Origin: Candidatus Poribacteria bacterium
Lineage (GTDB): Bacteria > Poribacteria > WGA-4E > PCPOR2b
NCBI GenBank assembly: GCA_965208325.1
Contig: OZ242326.1
Span: 896,001 to 960,000, forward strand
Direction of reading: 5' to 3'
Length of the DNA: 64,000 bases
The notes under the pieces are model-generated. The model was not told where the DNA came from. It worked only from the letters and a program-made list of their open reading frames with translations, and ran no database searches. Of this stretch, positions 1 to 8,872 are shown one piece after another (positions within the stretch are counted from its first letter, which is position 1; every line of letters begins with the position of its first letter). The translations under genes and the position numbers were made by a program.

Positions 1-540
1 ATTCCACGAATTTTTAAGGCATTATATGATTTGCAGGAATTTGAAAATCACGAATCAGAAGAAATTGAATTGGTTAAGGAGCCCGAGGAGGGGTACTACA
101 CTGTTCGGGCGACGCCTAACCTTGTTTTTACAGATAACAACACTGAAGTAATACAGCACCGGCGAAAGAGTTTTCACTTGGACACCTACGCTTTTGACTC
201 CAACCCTGAAAAGGCTTTATTTTGGTCACTGCTGCGGGCTGGAAAAGTTAAAAAAGTGTATTTCACAGGAATGCTGACGCATGGGCAATCAGATTTTTAC
301 ATCCAATACATTGACCCAGAATCGCATGCAGTCAGGCGATATTATCCCGATTTCCTCATGCGGAAGGATGACGACTCATGGGTCATCGTCGAAGTAAAGG
401 GTGACAATATGGTTGACGACCAGATAGTTCAGGCAAAAGCTGCGGCTACCTATCAGCGAGCAAATGCAAGTCGCATGACATACAAAATCATTAAGGGCAG
501 CGATGCTCAGGCGGGAAGATATAGTTCATTGTTGGAATAG
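1..540 (+). CDS. 3' part of a type III restriction enzyme Res-like subunit (C-terminal PD-(D/E)XK nuclease domain); 5' end lies outside the window
   Basis: Frame is open from base 1. It carries 'FYIQYIDP...RRYYPDFL...VIVEVKG', a PD..ExK motif typical of type III Res C-termini. Confidence 0.7.
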   Translation: MPRIFKALYDLQEFENHESEEIELVKEPEEGYYTVRATPNLVFTDNNTEVIQHRRKSFHLDTYAFDSNPEKALFWSLLRAGKVKKVYFTGMLTHGQSDFYIQYIDPESHAVRRYYPDFLMRKDDDSWVIVEVKGDNMVDDQIVQAKAAATYQRANASRMTYKIIKGSDAQAGRYSSLLE

Positions 541-585
541 GGCATAATCGCAAACATTAAGAGTTCGGGGTCGTTCTTTTTGGCA

Positions 586-1422
586 ATGAGAAAGATCAAA
601 ACAGGACTACGCTGGCTCTGTGGGAAGGTCGGCAAACTTAGTTTTGAACACATACCCCCGGAAAAAGCATTCAACGACCAGAAAGTTTTCCATGACTGCG
701 TTATCAACATCCTTGAAAACCAAAAGCTTAAAACATCTCAACGAGGTGTTGGGGACCATACGCTGTGTATTACCTGCAACAATAATACAGGTACAATGTA
801 TGGGTCTGCTTTTGTAGAATTTTGCAAACGTGCTGCTGACGTGCTGTCTCAGGCGTACGGTTATCCTACGCTGCATTACGAGTATAGTACCTACCCCTTG
901 CGGGTCATTAAACAAATCGTAACGATGTTCTTTTCGACCAATAGCCCAGAATGGCGGAAATCATGTCCTGATTTGGAGAAATTCGTATTGGATAAGCAGG
1001 ATAGATACCTGCCTGAAAGATACGGCATCTTCCTCTATTACAATATTGAAGGTACGCTGCTGAAGCACACAGGCATACAACGTGTGCTTAAATTCGACCC
1101 CGACTGGATTGCTTCACCCAACCTGTCAGAATTCAGTGAAATCGTGCACCCTCCTTTCGGGTATTTGATGACAACAGACTCGGACAAACCAGATGATAGG
1201 CTGTTTGACATTTCTTGGTTCAGCAATTTCACCTTTGATGACTATCGGCGAGTGTATCTAAAAATTCCCGTGTTACCCATTTACACAATGTATGCGGGGC
1301 AATATCCGAGTCGAAAAGAAATAGACGAAATTCGACGCAAAAATCCGGCACGAGGTCTCCAAGATTACCTTGAAGACATCGTGAGTCAGTCTGTCAACAG
1401 GAAAGGCGAACAATCCAAATAG
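586..1422 (+). CDS. HNH endonuclease-like protein
   Basis: N-terminal 'RWLCG..LSFEHIPP...TLCITCNN' ββα-Me/HNH signature; ATG at 586. Confidence 0.65.
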   Translation: MRKIKTGLRWLCGKVGKLSFEHIPPEKAFNDQKVFHDCVINILENQKLKTSQRGVGDHTLCITCNNNTGTMYGSAFVEFCKRAADVLSQAYGYPTLHYEYSTYPLRVIKQIVTMFFSTNSPEWRKSCPDLEKFVLDKQDRYLPERYGIFLYYNIEGTLLKHTGIQRVLKFDPDWIASPNLSEFSEIVHPPFGYLMTTDSDKPDDRLFDISWFSNFTFDDYRRVYLKIPVLPIYTMYAGQYPSRKEIDEIRRKNPARGLQDYLEDIVSQSVNRKGEQSK

Positions 1423-1773
1423 CATTTTCTAAGCATTAATTACGAATTGCTAAGTAGAAAATATATGTATCAATTGGAGGTAATCTGTAAAATCCGTCAA
1501 ATCTTGTAAACTATTGTAAACTTGAATGATGCGACAAATGCGCGAGAAAATCGCTACATACGCTTAAGCGATTGCGACCGGCGTTTGAAGCTGCGGCTGA
1601 AGGATACAGTAACCAACTTAAATTAAATAGTAAATGGATACGGTGACTCTCAACACCCGGCAACGCCATTCGATCGCTCGTTAATCCATTCATTTGGTTG
1701 TAGTTAAAGTCACTATTCCCACGCGTTCCCTTCATCTTAACGCCCGCTTTAATTTAGCAAGGGAGAATACGAT

Positions 1774-2220
1774 ATGACAAAGCGAATTTGGGTACTTCTT
1801 GGAGTTGGAATTATCGCTATTGTCTTCATATTAATTGCTGTATTTGCAGTTCGATCTTGCGGACAGCCCCCGGCCGAGACTCCGGTCCCCGACGATGATG
1901 CAACATCAGCCGCTCCTAAGCCCACACGCGCGATAAAACCTGCGCCCGCGTATGTATCCGTTTCAATCAACGCCGTTCCGTGGGCAGAGGTTTTCATAAG
2001 GACTCCTGGAAGCGCTCGATTCGTAAAACCGGGGACTAAATACTTTAATATCAAGCCTCCTTCCAATGGAAAGGATGCCCACGTCACTCCGATTCGCGGA
2101 AAATTGAAAGTGCCGGCCGGCACAGCGATAAAGTTGGTGTATGATGGACGAGAGAAAATTTTCCCTTACGAGTCTTGGAAGACAAGGCGTTCAATCTCAC
2201 ACGATTTTCTGGGGCAATAA
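1774..2220 (+). CDS. Membrane-anchored protein with Pro-rich linker and PEGA-like domain
   Basis: N-terminal TM helix, PPAETPVP linker, 'VSINAVPWAEVFI...VTPI' PEGA-like pattern; GGGAG RBS. Confidence 0.55.
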   Translation: MTKRIWVLLGVGIIAIVFILIAVFAVRSCGQPPAETPVPDDDATSAAPKPTRAIKPAPAYVSVSINAVPWAEVFIRTPGSARFVKPGTKYFNIKPPSNGKDAHVTPIRGKLKVPAGTAIKLVYDGREKIFPYESWKTRRSISHDFLGQ

Positions 2221-2266
2221 CCTATCATTAAATAGAGTCGCTGGTAGATTTTTGGTGATACTTAAA

Positions 2267-4621
2267 ATGAGATTTTTCGTCATTTTTACGAAATTAATCC
2301 TTTTGACGGTCTGGAATTCGTCAGTCGCCATGGCCCTTACATCGGAAGAGATTGCCAAGAAAGCGTTGGACGCTACTGTACTTCTTGTCATGGTCGATGT
2401 CAATGGCAAGGTCGAATCACAAGGCAGCGGGTTTTTTGTACAATCAAATCGCATTGTGACCAATTTCCACGTTATTGATGGTTTCACTAGAGGCGACGCA
2501 AAACCTGTTGGTCGACAGACGGTGTACCCGATTGAGCATGTCTCGGCGGTGGACAGGAAGCACAATTTGGCAATTTTACAGGTGTCGGCACCCGGAATTG
2601 AACCACTTTCCATAGGGAACAGTGCGTCAGTTGCGGTTGAAGATCAGATTTATGTCGTGGGCAATCCATTAGGCGTCCTTGAGGGCACATTCTCTGAAGG
2701 GATTATCAGTGCGATCCGAGAAGTGGATTCGGTAAAGCTGTTTGAGGTTACTGCACCCATCTCTGAGGGTAACAGCGGCGGTCCAGTGCTAAACGCCCAA
2801 GGCGAAGTAATTGGAGTTTCACACGGAGCGGTCCCTGCAGGGCGGAATCTAAATTTTGCGATCCCGTCAATCCACATTCAAGTGCTCGCCAACAAATTGG
2901 GCAAAGAACTGCTAGAAAAGGGTATTCTGCAATATGAAGCTACCCAATTCAATGAGGCAATAAAATCATTGCGATTAGCCCTAACCGAGCTTAGCGATTC
3001 GAAACTGCGAGCCGTTGCCCACCTTTACCTTGGATGCTCAAAACGAGGATATGGAGAATCTGATTACCCCGTTAGCGCGGCGTTTGTAGAGGCGCTTCGA
3101 CACAATCCTGAACAGATGTTGCCGCCTAGAATAGGAGAGGACCACCCGGTTTTTAAACCGATGCTCGAAAAAGTACGGTCTGAGTCAACTGGGAAATTGA
3201 CGGTTAACTGCTCACTCCCCGAAACTGAAATCTGGATTGACGGGGAGGTAATTGACAGGAAAATGATTGGCAGCGGCAATGCCGCCGTCCGACTATTTGT
3301 GGGCGGCTACACCGCGGAGGGGGTTTTTGAAGACGTGTACCGAAAGGCCTCATTCTCTATTGTACCTGATGGGCATGAGATTCTTTATCTAGATATGCCG
3401 CCCGTATTAAGGCATGAACCCCCATCTAGAGTTTCCGTCGGTGAGGTTATCTCTCTTTCTTTGGATATAATTAGCCGCGATAAGGCGAAGCAGGTTCAGA
3501 TCCACTACACCATCTTCGACAGAAACGGGGAAGAATTGGTCCGGGGGATGCAGGACATGCTTTTGTGGAAGGAACAGCCCATACCGTCTACGTGGATTCA
3601 CCGCTCGGATTTGCCATCGCAAACCACCGTAGGAAGAATTTCATATTTCATCATGGCGGATGAAGGAAGGTCTCCTACTAGTCAGTTTCATGAAATCGCA
3701 ATTGTTGACGAGAATCTCCCAATAATTGACCTGCTAGAGCCCCCTGAAACTGCCGAATTCAGGGTCAACCAATCCATTTCGGTTAGAGCAAAAGTAACTG
3801 ATAACACCGCTATTGATGAGGTTCGTATTCATTATGCTTTCTCGAGTTCAGGCAATTCAAGACCTTCCGAGACAATTCCGTCTGAACCACTGGTGAAGGA
3901 AACCTCTGGCGACGTATATGCCGGGTTAATCCCGCCGCAAAAGAGCGGTCCCGGCTACATCTGGTATTATCTGACCGCAATTGATGAAGAAAATAACCAG
4001 CGCCGCTCCGATTTCAGACGAATAAGTATAGTAAAAATTCCCGATGAGCGGCCCATGATGCCGGCGATAATTAAACGAAGCGCCCCGGTACGCCTCCCAC
4101 ATCAGAGTGTATGGGCAAGCCTCGGGTTGTGGAACGATATTCTCAAATTACATCGACCTGATGCTTTTTCGTGGGAAAGAGGAAATGTAATCAGTCTCGG
4201 TTACTTGAGTGAAGGCAGGGGCTATCCGACACTTGGCGTAAAACTGGATTATTCGTATCAGATTCGCGAAAACATAAATGCGACAATAGAATTGGGGCCT
4301 GCAATTAGAAACGCTGCAATCACAGTAGCATTACTGGGCGGTGTTGCACGGTACAAAAAAATTTACGATGAATCGAATCCAATTACACCTTTTCTCGGTG
4401 CGAGTTTAAGGCTTTACCCAATGGATACCGTCACAATTGACATCGCAAGTTCGATTAATCTTAGGTCGTTTGACACCACTTCCATACAATTCCAGCACTA
4501 CGAAATGGGCCTGCGGATTTACCTAACGCCAACTCTGAACCTCAAGTTAAGTTACGGAAATTGGTACATAAGAGAGCACGGAAACAAAAGCGTTCAGATT
4601 GGACTGGGGATTAAATTCTGA
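2267..4621 (+). CDS. Secreted trypsin-like (S1C) serine protease-domain protein with TPR-like, PEGA/Ig-like domains and a C-terminal outer-membrane beta-barrel-like region
   Basis: Signal peptide (MRFFVIF...AMA); GSGFFV, TNFHV and GNSGGPV protease motifs; helical TPR-like segment; amphipathic beta-strands ending in 'VQIGLGIKF'. Confidence 0.75.
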   Translation: MRFFVIFTKLILLTVWNSSVAMALTSEEIAKKALDATVLLVMVDVNGKVESQGSGFFVQSNRIVTNFHVIDGFTRGDAKPVGRQTVYPIEHVSAVDRKHNLAILQVSAPGIEPLSIGNSASVAVEDQIYVVGNPLGVLEGTFSEGIISAIREVDSVKLFEVTAPISEGNSGGPVLNAQGEVIGVSHGAVPAGRNLNFAIPSIHIQVLANKLGKELLEKGILQYEATQFNEAIKSLRLALTELSDSKLRAVAHLYLGCSKRGYGESDYPVSAAFVEALRHNPEQMLPPRIGEDHPVFKPMLEKVRSESTGKLTVNCSLPETEIWIDGEVIDRKMIGSGNAAVRLFVGGYTAEGVFEDVYRKASFSIVPDGHEILYLDMPPVLRHEPPSRVSVGEVISLSLDIISRDKAKQVQIHYTIFDRNGEELVRGMQDMLLWKEQPIPSTWIHRSDLPSQTTVGRISYFIMADEGRSPTSQFHEIAIVDENLPIIDLLEPPETAEFRVNQSISVRAKVTDNTAIDEVRIHYAFSSSGNSRPSETIPSEPLVKETSGDVYAGLIPPQKSGPGYIWYYLTAIDEENNQRRSDFRRISIVKIPDERPMMPAIIKRSAPVRLPHQSVWASLGLWNDILKLHRPDAFSWERGNVISLGYLSEGRGYPTLGVKLDYSYQIRENINATIELGPAIRNAAITVALLGGVARYKKIYDESNPITPFLGASLRLYPMDTVTIDIASSINLRSFDTTSIQFQHYEMGLRIYLTPTLNLKLSYGNWYIREHGNKSVQIGLGIKF

Positions 4622-4786
4622 GCGTTCATACCTTTATTGTGACTACACTTATTATCCCCCAAATATCAATCTAAACACGTGCACGACGACACCGATATTT
4701 TTCCAACTTTACATCATCGCATTTCTCGCCCTTAACGGCGGATGCAAAGACGCAAGATGTGTCTTGGGTTGGCAACTCTTTGAATA

Positions 4787-5275
4787 TTGGAGATTCATGT
4801 GCTTCAATCAACGTTCAACCAACGCCTAGCGTCGTGCATTATTGTTGCATTGTTGATTTTTTTGAACATAGGTTGCGCTACAATTACGCGGGGTAGTAAA
4901 CAAGAGATATCAATATCTAGTGAACCACCGGGAGCATCTGTAACCATCGATAATCAGCTTTATGGGGTAACCCCTACGGCGGTGCAACTTGCTCGTTCCA
5001 AACCCCATTCGGTGTTCCTTCAACTTGAAGGTTACGAACCCGTTTTAATACAGATTCAGTCACAACCCGATGCTGCTGTCGCGGGAAACTGTCTGATGTG
5101 TTGTTGTTTGGGTGTACCTGGCATTGTAGCCTTTGCAGTAGACATAATAACGGGTTCCGGTCGAACGTTAACGCCTGAAACAATTCACGTAGTTTTAATC
5201 CCCTTTGATGTTATTCTACCACCAGAAGTTGGGCAAAAATGGTATGTACGTCGTGCCTCTAGCGGCGAAAGATAG
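4787..5275 (+). CDS. PEGA-domain lipoprotein
   Basis: Lipobox-like 'NIGC' followed by 'ISISSEPPGASVTIDNQLYGVTP...LEGYEP' PEGA motif. Confidence 0.75.
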   Translation: MEIHVLQSTFNQRLASCIIVALLIFLNIGCATITRGSKQEISISSEPPGASVTIDNQLYGVTPTAVQLARSKPHSVFLQLEGYEPVLIQIQSQPDAAVAGNCLMCCCLGVPGIVAFAVDIITGSGRTLTPETIHVVLIPFDVILPPEVGQKWYVRRASSGER

Positions 5276-5555
5276 ATGGGAGTATAAGCACCAGTGTCCA
5301 ATAGAGTATAGCGTTACGACGAAAATTACGGTTCCGACATGTCCAACTACATAATCGGCTATTCAAATAAAAAACCTGACGAGCGGCAATTAAATTTTTA
5401 GATCGATTTCAAATGCCTACTCCAGTGAGGAATTTCTAAACTTTACGTCTGAATTGCCTCGCGAATTCTTTCAACATCAGCTTCAAACAAGAAGACTGAG
5501 ACCCTGACATTCGAACTAAGTCATTGGCGAGCCTAGTTAGGTATTGGACTGTATT

Positions 5556-6167
5556 CTAATAAAACACTACACCAATTGCAAAACTGTCAATTGCCCCGGT
5601 AAACGAAAAAGCATACGTACCCGAAATTATCAAAGATGGAGAAACCGTTAGTTCTAACCCCATCGCCGCATTTACGTGGCCTTCATCGATTTCCAACTCA
5701 TCATTCAGAAACTCCCAGTTGTAATTGTATCCCACACCGAAAAAAGGCGCAAATTCCATTGGGCTTGATTCGGATTTCAGTCGTTTTAATAGACCGGCAT
5801 AGCCGCCTAAGCCAAGTCCATAGATGTGTAGGTCACTGGCAAGGTTTTGATATGAGCCCCCTCCCCCAATCGTGACAAACGAATCGAATCCCGTAGTGCC
5901 AAACGGAGCGATGTGCATAAAGTCTAGTGAGGCTGCGGGAGAGGGCGGAACATCTAATTCATCGAAAAACCGAATCGCACCGGTAAACGATGCTTTTGCG
6001 TTTGCGTCAATGCCATATTCGAGATTGGCCCAAATGGCACGATTCATTTCAGTAAAGGCTAATCCAAGTCCAAATGTGCTTTGTGTGGGCGCCAACCGTT
6101 TAAAGCTTGCAAAAGCGCTTGTGGCACACACATAAAAGCAAATTGCAATAATGAAGATTTTTTTCAT
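5556..6167 (-). CDS. Putative outer-membrane beta-barrel protein
   Basis: Signal peptide MKKIFIIAIC...AFA; alternating hydrophobic strands; C-terminal aromatic 'IGVVFY'. Confidence 0.6.
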   Translation of the reverse strand: MKKIFIIAICFYVCATSAFASFKRLAPTQSTFGLGLAFTEMNRAIWANLEYGIDANAKASFTGAIRFFDELDVPPSPAASLDFMHIAPFGTTGFDSFVTIGGGGSYQNLASDLHIYGLGLGGYAGLLKRLKSESSPMEFAPFFGVGYNYNWEFLNDELEIDEGHVNAAMGLELTVSPSLIISGTYAFSFTGAIDSFAIGVVFY

Positions 6168-6319
6168 GGTAACTGGGTTCTCCATAAAACCAAGTGAGTT
6201 GCTAGATTTTTCTAGAACTTCATGATGTAATTTTGTTGTCCGCAGTTGTAATGATTGCGGAATGTCAGATAGCGGCACGTATCAGGCCATCCCATGTAAT
6301 GCGGATTTGGGAAAAAGGG

Positions 6320-6649
6320 TTATTCACCGTATACCGTTATAGTATAGGTGGCCACAATTCCTAGAACACTCTGTGAGTGTTGCTCAACATGGTGGATCTT
6401 GGTGATACCACCATTCCTAGCCGCCGTTTGGATACTTGCATCCCCTATTGCGACCCATCCAAGAATGGATTGTGCGAATGCCGTTCCTGATTTGAGCGGT
6501 TTGACATTGTTATCTATACTTGAAGGAATTGGTGCCTTTACATCGGAGTATAGAAAACCCGTAACGGGTTGTTTAGCCTGTGCAGCACATCCTGTCAGAT
6601 ACATAACCAGCAATAACGGGATTGTAACAGTAACAACAAATTTTGACAT
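6320..6649 (-). CDS. TRL-like family lipoprotein
   Basis: Lipobox LTGC; 'SILGWVAIGDASIQTAARNGGITKIHHVE' matches the TRL-like family pattern; AAGGAG RBS. Confidence 0.8.
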   Translation of the reverse strand: MSKFVVTVTIPLLLVMYLTGCAAQAKQPVTGFLYSDVKAPIPSSIDNNVKPLKSGTAFAQSILGWVAIGDASIQTAARNGGITKIHHVEQHSQSVLGIVATYTITVYGE

Positions 6650-6944
6650 GGTAAACTCCTTTTAATTGAGCAAAATAAAATCATCACCTATAATCATAGC
6701 CGGCATCGCTGTCCTTTATCACTTAATGCCGAACTTGTAGCGGCTTTGACCCCGCCCCCAATCTCAGAAGACGGCTTTCGCGATGCCTAGCAATCGGAAT
6801 CACTAAACCCATTTGGAATTTAGCAGCAAATAACAGACAGAAATCGATGAACGCGTATCGTTTGGCAAGGAAATGATTTGCGCCGTACATCGGCATTTCA
6901 ATCTTAGATTGACGCTCTTGTTATTCTTCATTAAGTAATGATTT

Positions 6945-6973
6945 ATGATACCACAAGAAACCTTTCTCGGCAA
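6945..6973 (-). promoter_or_regulatory. Putative sigma70 promoter for the TRL/beta-barrel genes
   Basis: Minus strand reads TTGCCG-17 bp-TATCAT with an extended TG. Confidence 0.4.
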
Positions 6974-7237
6974 CGCCAAAAATCTGCGAACGCCGGTTGA
7001 CGGATACTCCTGTCCTAGTATAAAATCTTAAATTTTCACAAATTGTATTTTACCGCCACCACGCATTATATCCGATACTGTCAGTAACGCTTTTTTTAAT
7101 GAGAAAACTCATAGTTGAGAATCTACCGCCGGATGCCACATAGAAACTGAAAATCATGTAAACTTCTTTAAACTTTGTAAACTTGATCGAGAGAAAATTT
7201 CATCAAAATTTACGTCGCTACAACTTGACATACTTCG

Positions 7238-7954
7238 AGGTTTTGTCGACATCTCTTTATAAGGTTGTGGCATTATGTTAAGAATGATGCCGATAACCTT
7301 ACCTGATAACCAATGGGAAAAAATATATGAGTTTCTTCTGGGTTGTTCCAACATCTTTGTCCGCAACGAAGCCGAAACCCGACGATTCGTCGAAGCTGTC
7401 CTGTGGGTGGCTCGCAGCGGTGCGCAATGGAGATTATTGCCTACTGCTTATGGCAAGTGGAACTCCATTTACAAGCGGTTTAGTAACTGGTGCGACATAG
7501 GAATCTTCGAACATATGCACCGCCACTTTGCCTCCGACCCAGATATGGCGTCGCTTATTATTGACTCGACCATTTGCCGGGCTCACCCATGCGCACCTGG
7601 CGCCTCAAAAAAAACGGGGGTGCCGAAAACCAAGCGTTAGGACGTTCTCGCGGCGGCTTCAGCACCAAGATTCACATCACAGTTGACGCACTAGGTAATC
7701 CGCTTAGACTCCAGCTAACCCCCGGTCAGAGACACGACATAGCTGAAGCCGAATCGTTGATAGTTGGATATAACAGCCAGCATGTAATTGGAGACAAAGG
7801 ATATGACTCAGTTGAATTTATCACCGTTATTGAAGCCAATGGTGCCATTCCGGTGATACCACCACGACGTAATCGTGGTGCTCAAAGAACATTCGACCCC
7901 CATTTATACAAAGAGAGACATCTAGTCGAATGTTTCATCAAAAAAAAATACTAA
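7238..7954 (+). mobile_element. IS5-family (IS427-group-like) insertion sequence, 3'-truncated
   Basis: Two overlapping ORFs joined by an A8 slippery site at 7607-7614; probable left IR AGGTTTTGTCGACAT at 7238-7252; no right IR found. Confidence 0.85.
7275..7954 (+). pseudogene. IS5-family transposase (orfA 7275-7640 / orfB 7574-7954, -1 frameshift), C-terminally truncated
   Basis: 'FVEAVLWVARSGAQWRLLP..YGKWNSIYKRFSNW', 'IDST', 'GRSRGGFSTKIH', 'GDKGYDS', 'ERHLVECF', then a premature stop after the A9 run at 7940-7948. Confidence 0.85.
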
Positions 7955-8300
7955 TCCACGCCACATCACCAACAGCGATTCACCATCCGTGGCAACGCCG
8001 CATGATTATGTGCCCACGTAATCATAGCCCATCGTTTAATCATACAAATCACAGTTCAGACAGTCTTCTCAATAACGCAACACTACACCCGCCGCGGCAA
8101 CAATATGTAGGTTTCATTTTGTTTTTCGAGATTCCCACCGAGCGCCAAAGAATGCCCTGAATCAGAATCCAAAACAACACTGTCCCAAAATTTCCCCTTC
8201 ATACCCACCTGCAACGGCACAAACCCTTGCCCCGTCCGCATCCAAGCGATGGATTTTTCAACCCTTTCCGCCAAAAACCCCGATAACCTCGCACTCCGCC

Positions 8301-8329
8301 TTGACAATCGCTAAATCTCAAAGTATACT
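8301..8329 (+). promoter_or_regulatory. Near-consensus sigma70 promoter giving an almost leaderless transcript
   Basis: TTGACA (8301-8306), 17-bp spacer, TATACT (8324-8329); ATG at 8339 with no SD. Confidence 0.75.
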
Positions 8330-8338
8330 ACAATTATT

Positions 8339-8872
8339 ATGCCAACTACAAATGTCCAATTCGGCGAATCGGACATTGACTTCACCATTGAGCGTTTTGC
8401 TTATTATGGTGAGGGAAAAGCTAATGCGAAGCGCGTAATTCGTGATGTATGTGATTATTTTGGGATTGAAGACAATGCTAGCAATCATAAATTATTATCC
8501 AATAAAATTCGTACCTTTAATCCCAACCGAAAAGACTGCGCAGAGCATTATCGGAGTCGCTATCTCATGAAACGAAATCAGGTTCTTACACACAGACACG
8601 AACCCAACGGCATTTTTTCACAACAGCTACATGCACTTTTACTCGTTGCATTCAAAGTTCTGTCTGAAGAGATGACGCCGCCCCTCGCACTCAAGCTCAT
8701 TGAAGCCGAAATCCGATTCGCAATTGAAAACAAACACATAAATGTTCAGGAAAGAATTGAACGACAATGTTTAGCCGCCGACACGGGAGATAGTTCATTT
8801 CTAAATGGAAAGACGGAGCCGGATTTACGGAAACCACAGTCGGTTTCTGAAAATCCATCGCGCATACCATAG
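8339..8872 (+). CDS. DUF2280-like protein, putative terminase small subunit
   Basis: Pattern 'FTIERFAYY...VIRDVCDYFGI...FNP...AEHY..RY...R...LALKLIE' resembles DUF2280 proteins; lies directly upstream of terL. Confidence 0.45.
   Translation: MPTTNVQFGESDIDFTIERFAYYGEGKANAKRVIRDVCDYFGIEDNASNHKLLSNKIRTFNPNRKDCAEHYRSRYLMKRNQVLTHRHEPNGIFSQQLHALLLVAFKVLSEEMTPPLALKLIEAEIRFAIENKHINVQERIERQCLAADTGDSSFLNGKTEPDLRKPQSVSENPSRIP

Noticed and set aside
8805..8872. Programmed frameshift fusing the TerS-like ORF and TerL
   Set aside because: No clear slippery site; the overlap disappears if TerL starts at the in-frame GTG at 8880.
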